A DNA stretch of 64,000 nt from Rhodobiaceae bacterium (GCA_018651345.1 JABIEF010000073.1:7318-71317), one strand, 5' to 3'. Shown: positions 19,964 to 29,976, counted from the first letter of the stretch. Numbers and translations: made by a program. Notes: generated by a model from the letters alone, not told the origin.

Positions 19964-20854
19964 ATGAGTTTATTTAATCAAATTCCTCAATTATCAAAAG
20001 ATACTTTAAGAGCTGGTAAAAAAGCTATAGACGCATCCTTTAAAGATTTCTCTAGAGAGTACGGAGATCTCATAGAGTTAATATTTGAGCCAGTCAAATG
20101 GCTTCTAATTAAATCTGAAAATTTTTTAACCGACACCTCATGGATTATTATACTAGTACTTATTGCTTCTATAGCCTGGCTTGGCAGTAAAAGTATTAAA
20201 ATAGTAATAGGCTCTGTGCTAACGCTACTTTTAATTGGTTATCTAGGAATGTGGGAAAATACCATGAAAACAATTTCTATGACCTTTGTTGCGGCGATAC
20301 TTGCTATCTCAATTGGAATACCGATTGGTATATTAATGGCACGCTCTAATATTGCGCTTAGGATAGCAAGTCCAATATTAGATGTAATGCAAACAATGCC
20401 AAGCTTTGTGTATCTTATACCTGTTGTGATGCTTCTTGGAATAGGAAAAGTTCCAGGACTGCTTGCGGTTATTATTTATGCAATTCCTCCAATAATTCGT
20501 TTAACAAATTTAGGCATTAGACTTGTTAATAATAATGTCATGGAAGCTGGTCATGCCTATGGGGCATCCTATGCTCAGAGATTAACTAAAATACAAATAC
20601 CCTTAGCCCTACCAACAATTATGGCAGGAATAAACCAAACAATAATGCTTGCTCTATCAATGGTAGTAATTGCTTCAATGATCGGTGTTCAAGGACTTGG
20701 CCAACCGGTCCTTCAGGCAATACAAAATCAATTCTTTACATTAGGTATGATGAATGGGTTCGCTATTGTCGGTATAGCTATAATATTTGATAGAGTTACA
20801 CAAGCATACGGAAAACGCATGCAGAAATACCAGGAAACTGTTGATGAGCAATAA
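19964..20854 (+). CDS. proW: Betaine-family ABC transporter permease
   Basis: PILDVMQTMPSFVYLIP, EAG.AYG, IMAGINQTIMLALSMVVIASMIG. Confidence 0.9.
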   Translation: MSLFNQIPQLSKDTLRAGKKAIDASFKDFSREYGDLIELIFEPVKWLLIKSENFLTDTSWIIILVLIASIAWLGSKSIKIVIGSVLTLLLIGYLGMWENTMKTISMTFVAAILAISIGIPIGILMARSNIALRIASPILDVMQTMPSFVYLIPVVMLLGIGKVPGLLAVIIYAIPPIIRLTNLGIRLVNNNVMEAGHAYGASYAQRLTKIQIPLALPTIMAGINQTIMLALSMVVIASMIGVQGLGQPVLQAIQNQFFTLGMMNGFAIVGIAIIFDRVTQAYGKRMQKYQETVDEQ

Positions 20855-21890
20855 AGAATATATTCAAATTCAAAATATAAATAAAATATTTGGACCAAAT
20901 CCAGAATCAGTTCTTGATTTGGTTGCAGATGGAATAGGAAAATCTGAACTTCAATCTAAACATAATCACGTTCTTGCACTTCAAGATATTAATATCGGTA
21001 TTAAAAAAAATAAGATTCAAGTATTCATGGGTCTATCCGGCTCAGGAAAATCAACACTAATAAGACATCTAAATCAATTAATCCACCCAACTTCAGGAAA
21101 TGTTATAATTGACGGAGAAGATATAACGTCCATGAGTGACAAGGAAATTACAAATTTTAGAAGAAATAAGATAGCAATGGGGTTTCAAAAATTTGCATTA
21201 CTTCCACATAGAACTGTCCTTTCAAATACATACTTTGGTCTAGAAATTAGAGGTGTAGAAAAGAAAGAAAGAGAAAAAGAAGCCTTAAAATGGATTGACA
21301 GAGTTGGTCTAAATGGATTTGAAAATTATTACCCTAACCAGCTATCCGGAGGGATGCAACAAAGAGTTGGCCTTGCGAGGGCATTAACCAACGATGCTCC
21401 CATACTATTAATGGATGAACCGTTTTCAGCACTTGATCCATTAATAAGGATGGATATGCAAGATATGTTAGTTCAATTAGAAAAAGAACTAAATAAAACG
21501 ATCATTTTTATTACCCATGATCTTGATGAAGCCTTGAGGCTTGGAGATAATATTGCCATACTAAGAGATGGAAAAATAATTCAAGAAGGAGACGGTCAAG
21601 AAATTGTGTTAAATCCCGAGAACTCTTATATCTCAAAATTTGTCTCTGAAGTAAATAGAGGGAGGGTAATACAATGCAAAACAATCATGAAAAAGGAAAT
21701 AAACCAAGAATTAACTAACGAAGCAATAGTCTCTCCTGATATGACAATTGAAGAAGCTGCTAAAATTATAACCGAAAGCGGGCTAGACATCGGTTCGGTA
21801 TTAAATAATAAAGGAAAATTAGTAGGAACAATATCTGTTCAGGATATTGTTGCGTCAATCGTTACTCCCATCAAATACAAAAACGATTAA
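20844..21890 (+). CDS. proV: Betaine-family ABC transporter ATPase with C-terminal CBS-like region
   Basis: MGLSGSGKST, LSGGMQQRVGLARAL, MDEPFSALDPLIR, HDLDEA; start reassigned to ATG 20844. Confidence 0.92.
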   Translation: MSNKEYIQIQNINKIFGPNPESVLDLVADGIGKSELQSKHNHVLALQDINIGIKKNKIQVFMGLSGSGKSTLIRHLNQLIHPTSGNVIIDGEDITSMSDKEITNFRRNKIAMGFQKFALLPHRTVLSNTYFGLEIRGVEKKEREKEALKWIDRVGLNGFENYYPNQLSGGMQQRVGLARALTNDAPILLMDEPFSALDPLIRMDMQDMLVQLEKELNKTIIFITHDLDEALRLGDNIAILRDGKIIQEGDGQEIVLNPENSYISKFVSEVNRGRVIQCKTIMKKEINQELTNEAIVSPDMTIEEAAKIITESGLDIGSVLNNKGKLVGTISVQDIVASIVTPIKYKND

Positions 21891-21968
21891 TTTATTCATA
21901 AATTAATATCTAATACCCGCCTAATATGTTATTCCAGAATAGTATTAAAAATAGAAATTAAATGTATT

Positions 21969-23186
21969 ATGAAACAAGCGTACAGCATTATTATCGTCTT
22001 TAGCCTAGGCTATTTATTGGCCATAATATTTCGTTCTATTAATACAATAATTGCACCTAATTTAATCAACGATATTGGTTTAACAGCAGCGTCGTTGGGC
22101 CTATTGTCTTCATCTTTATTAATTGCACATGCAGCAGCACAAATACCTCTTGGTATTTATCTGGATAGCCATGGACCAAAAAAAGTGCAAATTGCACTAT
22201 TATCTCTGGCAGCAATTGGCTGTATTGCTTTTGCATTGAGCAATAATATTTATGTTATGACATTTGCTAGGATTCTAATGGGTGTTGGTTTTTCTGGCTG
22301 TTTGATGGCAGGTTTTAAAGCAGTTAGTATGTATTTGAAACCGAATAATTATGCTCTTGGTAATGGAATAATCATGGGAGCAGGCCAGATAGGTATTCTT
22401 ATCACAAGTTGGCCAACCGAAATAATTTTACAATACTTTAGCTGGCGCGGTGCATACGCTTTATTTATTATATTAATTTTTGTAATTATAATACTTACCT
22501 ACCTTTTTATACCTAATAATAGCACCACCAAAACAGACGAAACCTTAAAAGTGCAATTAAGCGGATTAAAAAAAGTTTTTGAAGATAAGGCTCTATGGCA
22601 CTTAGCCCCATTAATATGGATTACAGGTGGGGCACACATTGCCTTGCTCACACTCTGGACCGGCCCCTGGCTACATGATGTTGCTGGATTAGGAAGAGAG
22701 CAAGTTGCAACAAGTCTAACTATTATTGCATTATCTGTAATATCGGGAATTTTTCTTAGCGGATTAATTGCAAAGATATTAACTAAATATAACGTAAATA
22801 TCTTAAAAATTCTTCAATACATATTAATTGTCAATATATTCTCATTAATACCATTATTCCTTATAAATCATAAAATAGCATTTTATACTTGGATTATCTT
22901 CGCCATGACAGGACAAGGTGGGATACTTTCTTACCCTTGGATTACGGAAAGATTTGGCTTATCGTTATCTTCTAGAGCTAATACGGTGGTAAATCTTGGA
23001 ACATTCGTAGTCGCATTTTTTATACAGTATTTGATTGGTGTAATTATAGACTTATTCCCATTAACTGCCGATGGCCAATATAATCCAGATGCATATAAAA
23101 TGAGTTTCTTCTTTATCTTTACATTACAAATCTTAATTCTATTATGGTTTTTTAAAGGAAAAAAATATTTAAATTTAAATAAATAA
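21969..23186 (+). CDS. MFS transporter, substrate unknown
   Basis: About 12 hydrophobic segments; motif A-like GIYLDSHGPKK. Confidence 0.85.
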   Translation: MKQAYSIIIVFSLGYLLAIIFRSINTIIAPNLINDIGLTAASLGLLSSSLLIAHAAAQIPLGIYLDSHGPKKVQIALLSLAAIGCIAFALSNNIYVMTFARILMGVGFSGCLMAGFKAVSMYLKPNNYALGNGIIMGAGQIGILITSWPTEIILQYFSWRGAYALFIILIFVIIILTYLFIPNNSTTKTDETLKVQLSGLKKVFEDKALWHLAPLIWITGGAHIALLTLWTGPWLHDVAGLGREQVATSLTIIALSVISGIFLSGLIAKILTKYNVNILKILQYILIVNIFSLIPLFLINHKIAFYTWIIFAMTGQGGILSYPWITERFGLSLSSRANTVVNLGTFVVAFFIQYLIGVIIDLFPLTADGQYNPDAYKMSFFFIFTLQILILLWFFKGKKYLNLNK

Positions 23187-23217
23187 AGTTATAAATTACA
23201 CTGAACTGGAGACAAAA

Positions 23218-24465
23218 ATGCAAATAGAAATAATCTGTACAGGGGATGAAATACTTAGCGGGAAAATAATTAATTCAAATTTTTCGTATATGAGTCGTAA
23301 GCTAGAGGAAGTAGGATTATCTGTTGTTTGGGGAACAACAGTAGGCGACGATAGAAAAGAATTACTAGATGCATTTATATTAGCTTCAAAAAGGTCTGAC
23401 GCTGTAATAGTTAATGGTGGGCTTGGACCAACTGTAGATGATTTATCGCAAGAAATTGCAGCCGAAGCTTCTGGCATGGAATTAGAATTAAGAGAAGACT
23501 GGCTTAGTAAAATGGAAGGCTTCTTTACTATGCGCGGAAGAACTATGACAGAAAACAATAAAAAACAGGCAATGCTCCCAAAAACATCAGAATTAATTGA
23601 TAATCCCGTTGGAACAGCTTGTGGATTTGCTATAAATATCAAGAATTCTAGATTCTTTTTTACCCCAGGAGTTCCACGAGAACTCTTTAGAATGCTTGAA
23701 AATGAAATTATTCCAAGATTACTTGCTTTGTCTGGTGAAAAAGTAATTACCAAACTCAAAACCTTCCATTCTTATGGTATTGGTGAATCACGCGCTGATT
23801 CAATCTTAAATGATTCCCTTAAGCTATCTCCAGATAATATTGTAAAGCTCGGTTTCCAAGCTCATTACCCACAACTCGAAACCAAGTTATATATCAAAGC
23901 ATCATCTTTAGAGCAAATAGAAAAAAATCTTAAGCCAGTTGAAAACGATATAAGAAAAAAACTAAATAATTTTATTTTTGCTGAAGATAAAAATACACTG
24001 GAAGGCGTTATTACCAAAATATTAGAAAAAAGTAACAAAACTATAGCTATTGTAGAATTAAAAACAAACGGAGGAACCGCAGCTCGGTTATCATCAGAAG
24101 ATCCTAATGGAAAAATACTAAAGTGTGGAATATTTTCCAATAATATTGAGAATATCTATACACAGTTTGATATCCAGGAAAAGAATACTATAGATCTTAG
24201 GGGATCGGATATCATTGCATCAAGAATTAGGAATCAATTTTCTGTATCTTATGGTTTATCCATAATAATTAAAAATACTCTAGATAACGAAGCCGAAGCC
24301 TATATTTCCCTATCGGACTCAGATAATGTTACTTCAAGAATAGGGTACTTTGTTGGTGACGAGCAAAGAATTCGATTAGGTGCAGTTGAAATGGCCCTAG
24401 ATTGCCTTAGAAGATATCTACAGGATTTACCATTTAATGAAAAATCAGATTTTGAAAAACTATAA
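23218..24465 (+). CDS. cinA: CinA-family protein (intact MocF/COG1058 N-domain, degenerate PncC C-domain)
   Basis: GDEILSG...N.N, VGDD, GGLGPTVDD, NPVGTACG, PGVPREL, GIGES; C-domain lacks the AESCTGG motif. Confidence 0.8.
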   Translation: MQIEIICTGDEILSGKIINSNFSYMSRKLEEVGLSVVWGTTVGDDRKELLDAFILASKRSDAVIVNGGLGPTVDDLSQEIAAEASGMELELREDWLSKMEGFFTMRGRTMTENNKKQAMLPKTSELIDNPVGTACGFAINIKNSRFFFTPGVPRELFRMLENEIIPRLLALSGEKVITKLKTFHSYGIGESRADSILNDSLKLSPDNIVKLGFQAHYPQLETKLYIKASSLEQIEKNLKPVENDIRKKLNNFIFAEDKNTLEGVITKILEKSNKTIAIVELKTNGGTAARLSSEDPNGKILKCGIFSNNIENIYTQFDIQEKNTIDLRGSDIIASRIRNQFSVSYGLSIIIKNTLDNEAEAYISLSDSDNVTSRIGYFVGDEQRIRLGAVEMALDCLRRYLQDLPFNEKSDFEKL

Positions 24466-24474
24466 ATTTTAATT

Positions 24475-25497
24475 TTATTTAATTTTATTTAATAGTAATT
24501 CTAAATTTGATGGGTCTAGTTTTATTTCGCCACTATGTGTCATCTTCGCTATTTCAACAACTGCGTCGTTATAAGGCGTTGGAATACCTAATTTTTTTCC
24601 TTCTTCTGAAACTCTACCATTGATAAATTCTATCTCACTTCTTCTATCTTTAGCATGGTCCTGAGCTGCATGCGTACGGGCGTTAGGGCCAACATCATTA
24701 ACCATTCGCTTCATGACTAATTCAGCCGCACCTTCTCCAGCATTTCCTATTTCATCTGTTGTAAGGCCAAATAACGGTTCTATCATATGACCTAGAGCTT
24801 GTCCTACCTTAAAAGACTCTTTTCCTACACCCACAGAAAAATCAAACATACCAGGTAATTTTATAGCTTCCCAATTTTTAAGATTTAATGACGAAAAAGG
24901 ACAGGTCATTGAATTAGCTATTAACTTAGTCCATTTAGCTCCATAAATATTATCAGTAATATCACAATTTCCAACAAGTTTCATTAATGATTGAATCTCT
25001 AATAATCTTTCAGTTTTACTGCCATCTAATTCACCAACAGCAAACCATGTACCTGTAGGAACGGTATTACGTTGAACAATTCCTGGAATAAATGCTTCAC
25101 AACTTAATTCAACTACAGAACCTATTATTCTATCTCTACCAATCATTTCTGCATTTAAATCATCGTTAAATGCATTTTGTAGTCCAATTAATGTGCCAGT
25201 GTCCCTTAAATAGACGCTAGCATATTTTGCCATCCATTGCGTATCATAAGACTTAACAGCCATAAATATATAATCAAACTTTGGCTCAAAAGTGGCTAAA
25301 TCACTCAAATGGAAAGCGTTAACTTTTCTTGTTTTGTCTTCTTCTTTAGTAATAACACGCAAACCATCTGATTTAATTTTATTTATATGGTCAGCCCATT
25401 GATCAACCAATGTTATATCACATCCTGCATCAGTCATTGAAGCAGAAACACATGATCCTATACCACCGGCACCCAAGATACATATTTTTTTATTCAT
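24475..25497 (-). CDS. Ketopantoate-reductase-family (PanE/ApbA-like) oxidoreductase
   Basis: GAGGIG, AVKSYD, LQN, WTKLIAN, QD...RRSEIEFING. Confidence 0.88.
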   Translation of the reverse strand: MNKKICILGAGGIGSCVSASMTDAGCDITLVDQWADHINKIKSDGLRVITKEEDKTRKVNAFHLSDLATFEPKFDYIFMAVKSYDTQWMAKYASVYLRDTGTLIGLQNAFNDDLNAEMIGRDRIIGSVVELSCEAFIPGIVQRNTVPTGTWFAVGELDGSKTERLLEIQSLMKLVGNCDITDNIYGAKWTKLIANSMTCPFSSLNLKNWEAIKLPGMFDFSVGVGKESFKVGQALGHMIEPLFGLTTDEIGNAGEGAAELVMKRMVNDVGPNARTHAAQDHAKDRRSEIEFINGRVSEEGKKLGIPTPYNDAVVEIAKMTHSGEIKLDPSNLELLLNKIK

Positions 25498-25553
25498 GAT
25501 ATTACCTTTTTATTAAAACAACTTTACAAACAGAGTACCGCAATGCTGAAATA

Positions 25554-28313
25554 TTATTCAGCTAAGCTAATTTTAGCAGCTGAGAATTTAAATTCAGGTA
25601 TTTTTGCTGCAGGATCAAGCCTGGAACTTGTTAGCACATTGGCGGCTGCTTCTGTATAACAAAATGGAACAAACACTACTCCCTCCGGAACATCAGGGTC
25701 TTGCCTTGCATTCATTATAATTTTACCTCGACGCGTTGATATCGTAACTTTGTTACCTGGATATATATTAAATTTTTCCATATCATACTTATTTAAACAA
25801 ATAATAGGATCCGGTTCAATAGAATTTAATATGCTTGCCCTTCTAGTCATTGCCCCAGTATGCCAATGCTCTAGAAGCCGTCCAGTCGTTAGTACCATTG
25901 GATAGTCCTGATCAGGAGTCTCAGCTGGAGGAACTATGGATGTGGGGACTATTAATGCTCTACCATCTTTTGTAGGAAATTTATCACCAAATAATATATC
26001 TTCACCATCGCTATCTGGAGATAGACATGGATATGTAACAGATTCTTCTATAACCAACCTTTCCCAAGTAATATTATCCAGAGAGCCCATAATTTCAGAC
26101 ATTTCTTTAAAAATATCTTTTGGGTGAGTATACTTCCAATCAAGTCCTATATGCCTTGCCAACTCAGTTATTATATACCAATCTTCCTTTGCATTAGCTG
26201 GCGGCTTAACAACCTGCCTACCAATTTGAATTTGTCTATTCGTATTAGTATAAGTTCCCCATTTTTCTGCATGAGTTGAAGCTGGAAAAATAACATCTGC
26301 ATTCCAAGCAGTCTCAGTAAGAAATATTTCTTGAACAACAAGGAAATCAAGAGCAGCGATTGCTTTACGAGTATGCACTGTATCCGGATCTGACATTGCC
26401 GGGTTTTCACCTAGAATAAACATTGCTTTTATATTAGAGGCATGAATTTCATTAATAATTTCAACTGCAGTAAGACCAGATTCATTACTTAAATCTTTAC
26501 CCCAAAATTCTTGGTACATTTTTCTAACCAATTCATCTTGAACAGAGTTGTAGTCAGGATATACCATTGGTATGAGTCCAGCATCTGAAGCCCCTTGTAC
26601 ATTATTTTGTCCACGCAAAGGATGAAGACCTGTACCATCTTTACCAATATGTCCTGATATTAAAGCTAATGAGATCAAGCATCTAGCATTTTCAGTTCCG
26701 TGAATATGCTGTGAAATTCCCATACCCCAAAAGATAATTGATTTATCTGATTTAGCATATAACCTTGCTATATCTATGATTACAGATGCTTTTATACCGC
26801 ATATTTTTTCCATATTCTTAGGTGAAAAATCTTTTGTCTCTTCAACAAGATTGTCAAATCCTATTGTTCTATTTTTTACGAAATTAGTATCGTATAATTT
26901 TTCTTTAATAATTGTATGAATCATAGCATTTAGCAATGCTAAATCTTGCCCAGGTTTAAATTGAATGATATGTTCAGCATATTTTGCTAAACCTTGTTTT
27001 TGTCCCCTTGGATCAATCAATATTAATTTTGAACCCTTTTTTATAGCATTTTTTATATACGTAGAAGCAACGGGGTGATTTTCTGAAGGCCTTGCCCCAA
27101 TAACAATAATACAATCTGATTTGAGTGCATCAGTAAATGGAGCTGTTACAGCTGCAGAATTCAGAGATTCCATTAAAGCAAAAACAGAAGAGGCGTGACA
27201 AAGGCGAGTGCAGTGGTCTACATTATTCGATACAAAGCCTTGCCGAATTAATTTTTGGAATAAATAAGCTTCTTCATTCGAACATTTTGCAGAGCCAAAT
27301 CCAGCAATACTTTTGCCGCCATATTGATCAGATATTTTCTTTAAATTTTTAGCAGCTAAACTTAGAGCTTCTTCCCATGAGGCTTCGCGGAAATAATCTT
27401 TTATATTAGAATTATCTATCTTCAAATCAAAACTCTTAGTATTGCTATCTATTCTTATTAAAGGTGATAATAACCTGTCTGGATGAGATATATAATCAAA
27501 ACCAAATCTACCCTTTACGCATAAACGACTTTCATTTGATGGGCCATCTCTTCCATCAATTGATATTATTTTGTTACCCTTTACCTTAACGTTTGTTTGA
27601 CAACCAACTCCACAAAAAGGACACAAAGTATCTACGCTTCTATCTGGATAATGCTCCCTAACATTTGATTTGTTTAGTAAATTTGATTCCATTAATGCGC
27701 CAGTAGGGCAAACTTGAACACATTCTCCACATGAAACACATGTGGATTCACCTAATTCACTATCTAAATCAAATACAATTTTTGACTTACTTCCTCTGTA
27801 AGCCATACCAATAACATCATTCACCTGAACCTCTCTACAAGCCTGTACACACAAATTACAATTGATACAAGAATCGAGATTGACTGTAATTGCTTGGTGT
27901 GAATTATCAACAACAGGCTTGGGCGTAGTCGGGAATCTAGAGCTTACATTACCATTAATTGCAGATGCCCATTTTAATAAATTTGACTGAAGATCGTGAG
28001 CTGATGAATTTTTAGGTTGGTCTGTCATTAGTAATTCAAAGACCATACTTCTTGCTTTCTTAGACCTGGCAGAATTAGTATCAATTTCCATGCCCTCAGC
28101 TGGCTTTCTAATGCATGAGGCTACAAGATTTCTTTCACCTTTTATTTCAACCATGCAGGCTCTGCAATTACCATCTGCTTCGTATCCAGATTGCGTTGAG
28201 TAACATAAATGAGGTATATCAATATCCATCCTTTTAGATATCTCCCAAATAGATTCATCCTTAGAAGCGGTTACCTCTTGATTATTTATTTTAAATTTTA
28301 CGTACTTATTGAT
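25554..28313 (-). CDS. NAD-linked formate dehydrogenase alpha subunit (Cys-type Mo/W-bis-PGD); proposed ATC start at 28313
   Basis: IPHLC..GNCRAC 2Fe-2S domain, two ferredoxin 4Fe-4S motifs, CPFCGVGC, DHCTRLCH active site, LRGQNNVQG. The frame extends 28 codons upstream of the track's ATG (28229) to an in-frame TGA. Confidence 0.93.
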   Translation of the reverse strand: MNKYVKFKINNQEVTASKDESIWEISKRMDIDIPHLCYSTQSGYEADGNCRACMVEIKGERNLVASCIRKPAEGMEIDTNSARSKKARSMVFELLMTDQPKNSSAHDLQSNLLKWASAINGNVSSRFPTTPKPVVDNSHQAITVNLDSCINCNLCVQACREVQVNDVIGMAYRGSKSKIVFDLDSELGESTCVSCGECVQVCPTGALMESNLLNKSNVREHYPDRSVDTLCPFCGVGCQTNVKVKGNKIISIDGRDGPSNESRLCVKGRFGFDYISHPDRLLSPLIRIDSNTKSFDLKIDNSNIKDYFREASWEEALSLAAKNLKKISDQYGGKSIAGFGSAKCSNEEAYLFQKLIRQGFVSNNVDHCTRLCHASSVFALMESLNSAAVTAPFTDALKSDCIIVIGARPSENHPVASTYIKNAIKKGSKLILIDPRGQKQGLAKYAEHIIQFKPGQDLALLNAMIHTIIKEKLYDTNFVKNRTIGFDNLVEETKDFSPKNMEKICGIKASVIIDIARLYAKSDKSIIFWGMGISQHIHGTENARCLISLALISGHIGKDGTGLHPLRGQNNVQGASDAGLIPMVYPDYNSVQDELVRKMYQEFWGKDLSNESGLTAVEIINEIHASNIKAMFILGENPAMSDPDTVHTRKAIAALDFLVVQEIFLTETAWNADVIFPASTHAEKWGTYTNTNRQIQIGRQVVKPPANAKEDWYIITELARHIGLDWKYTHPKDIFKEMSEIMGSLDNITWERLVIEESVTYPCLSPDSDGEDILFGDKFPTKDGRALIVPTSIVPPAETPDQDYPMVLTTGRLLEHWHTGAMTRRASILNSIEPDPIICLNKYDMEKFNIYPGNKVTISTRRGKIIMNARQDPDVPEGVVFVPFCYTEAAANVLTSSRLDPAAKIPEFKFSAAKISLAE

Positions 28314-29976
28314 TGGTCAACTCCGGAAAATACTTAATAATAGAAAGCAGAGGATTTGGAGCTGCTTGCCCCAATCCGCATATAGACGCTTCACTCATAA
28401 CACTAGCTAAATCATTTAATAATTCTATATCCCATACTTGTTTTTTCATTAAATTTAAGGCTTTTTCTGTCCCAACGCGACAAGGGGTACATTGACCACA
28501 ACTCTCGTGCTCAAAGAAATCCATCAAATTTATTGCTATATCCTTTATATTATCAGCATCTGATAATATAACCACTGCATGGGATCCTACAAAACACCCA
28601 TATTTAGATAAATTATTAAAATCCAAAGGGATATCCGCCAAACGAGATGGAAGGATGCCCCCTGAAGCACCACCTGGAAGATATCCTGTAAATTCATGAT
28701 CTTCCAATATGCCACCCGAATATTCGTCAATTAATTGATTAGCAGTTACACCTGCAGGTACTATTTTAATACCAGGATTTCTTACTCTACCGGAAACAGA
28801 ATAAGTTCTTAAACCCTTAGAACCATTGATACCTTTATTCGCAAACCATTCGGATCCATTTTTCAATATCATAGGTATCCAATATAATGTTTCAACATTA
28901 TTAACTAAAGTTGGCTTGCCGAAGATCCCAACATCAGCAACATATGGTGGTCTATGCCTAGGAAATCCTTTTTTGCCTTCAATAGATTCAATCATTGCAG
29001 ACTCTTCACCGCAGACGTAAGATCCAGCTCCACGTTTAATTTCTATTTCTATATTCTTATTAATTCCGCTTTTTTCAAGCTCCTTTATCTCATTCTTTAA
29101 TATCTGTAATGCCGCTGGATATTCATCTCTTATGTATATGTATATTTTCTCAGCTTTAACAGTCCAAGCAGCTATCAACATTCCCTCTATGAATGAGCAT
29201 GGATTATTCTCAAGATAATATTTATCCTTAAATGTTCCAGGCTCTCCTTCATCGGCATTAACGGCCAAATATTTTGGTCCATCTTTTTTTAATAAAATTT
29301 CCCACTTAACTCCCGTTGGGAATCCAGCTCCACCTAATCCTCTAAGATTAGCATCTTTTAAAATAGATATTATCTGCTCATCTGTAATTGTGCCATTTAA
29401 ACAATTTTGGAACACAGTATACCCTGAATCTTTTACATATGCAGCGTGGTTTATATAATTAGGAATTACAAGTTTATAGTTATCGTTATTAATATGTGCG
29501 TTAACTTTTTCTTGCGTTGCTGATTCGATGTGCAGTTTATTAACCTCACAAACAGGGGCTTTGTCACACCTGCCCATGCATGGAGCCTTTACCACTCTAT
29601 AACCAGAAGCAGATGATTCCTTTAAATCATTATATAGATTTTCGCTATCAAACATATGGCACGTTACAGAATTACAAACTCTAATAGTCTGAACAGTCAA
29701 CCTGTCATCTAAATCAGAAATAATATCAAAATGAGCATAAAATGATGCAACTTCTAATGTTTCAGCCATTGGTATGCGTAACAAATCAGCTAGTGCATGC
29801 AAATTACCATAAGTAACGCAATGAAACTCATCTTGAATTAAGTGAAGATACTCTATTAAGTCCTCCCTCTTATATACAGACAACCCTAGAAAATTCGATA
29901 ACTCTTCTCTCTCAGAATCCTTTAGTAGCCGACCTTTTGTATAACCTTTTTTAGGTTTATCTTTATCGCGCATCAT
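28306..29976 (-). CDS. Formate dehydrogenase beta subunit (NuoE-NuoF fusion, Fdh1B-type)
   Basis: LIEYLHLIQD, SFYAHFD, RVC.S.TC, PCMGRCD; LRGLGGAGFPTG.KW, NADEGEPGTFKD, ESCGQCTPCR, SICGLG. Confidence 0.92.
   Translation of the reverse strand: MMRDKDKPKKGYTKGRLLKDSEREELSNFLGLSVYKREDLIEYLHLIQDEFHCVTYGNLHALADLLRIPMAETLEVASFYAHFDIISDLDDRLTVQTIRVCNSVTCHMFDSENLYNDLKESSASGYRVVKAPCMGRCDKAPVCEVNKLHIESATQEKVNAHINNDNYKLVIPNYINHAAYVKDSGYTVFQNCLNGTITDEQIISILKDANLRGLGGAGFPTGVKWEILLKKDGPKYLAVNADEGEPGTFKDKYYLENNPCSFIEGMLIAAWTVKAEKIYIYIRDEYPAALQILKNEIKELEKSGINKNIEIEIKRGAGSYVCGEESAMIESIEGKKGFPRHRPPYVADVGIFGKPTLVNNVETLYWIPMILKNGSEWFANKGINGSKGLRTYSVSGRVRNPGIKIVPAGVTANQLIDEYSGGILEDHEFTGYLPGGASGGILPSRLADIPLDFNNLSKYGCFVGSHAVVILSDADNIKDIAINLMDFFEHESCGQCTPCRVGTEKALNLMKKQVWDIELLNDLASVMSEASICGLGQAAPNPLLSIIKYFPELTNQ

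Noticed and set aside
21969-23186. MFS as the oxalate:formate antiporter OxlT
   Set aside because: No OxlT/OFA-specific features recognised, and it is on the opposite strand outside the operon; substrate left open.
25554-28313. Selenocysteine recoding in the FDH alpha subunit
   Set aside because: The active site is Cys (TRLCH) and there is no internal TGA; the only TGA is upstream of the proposed start.
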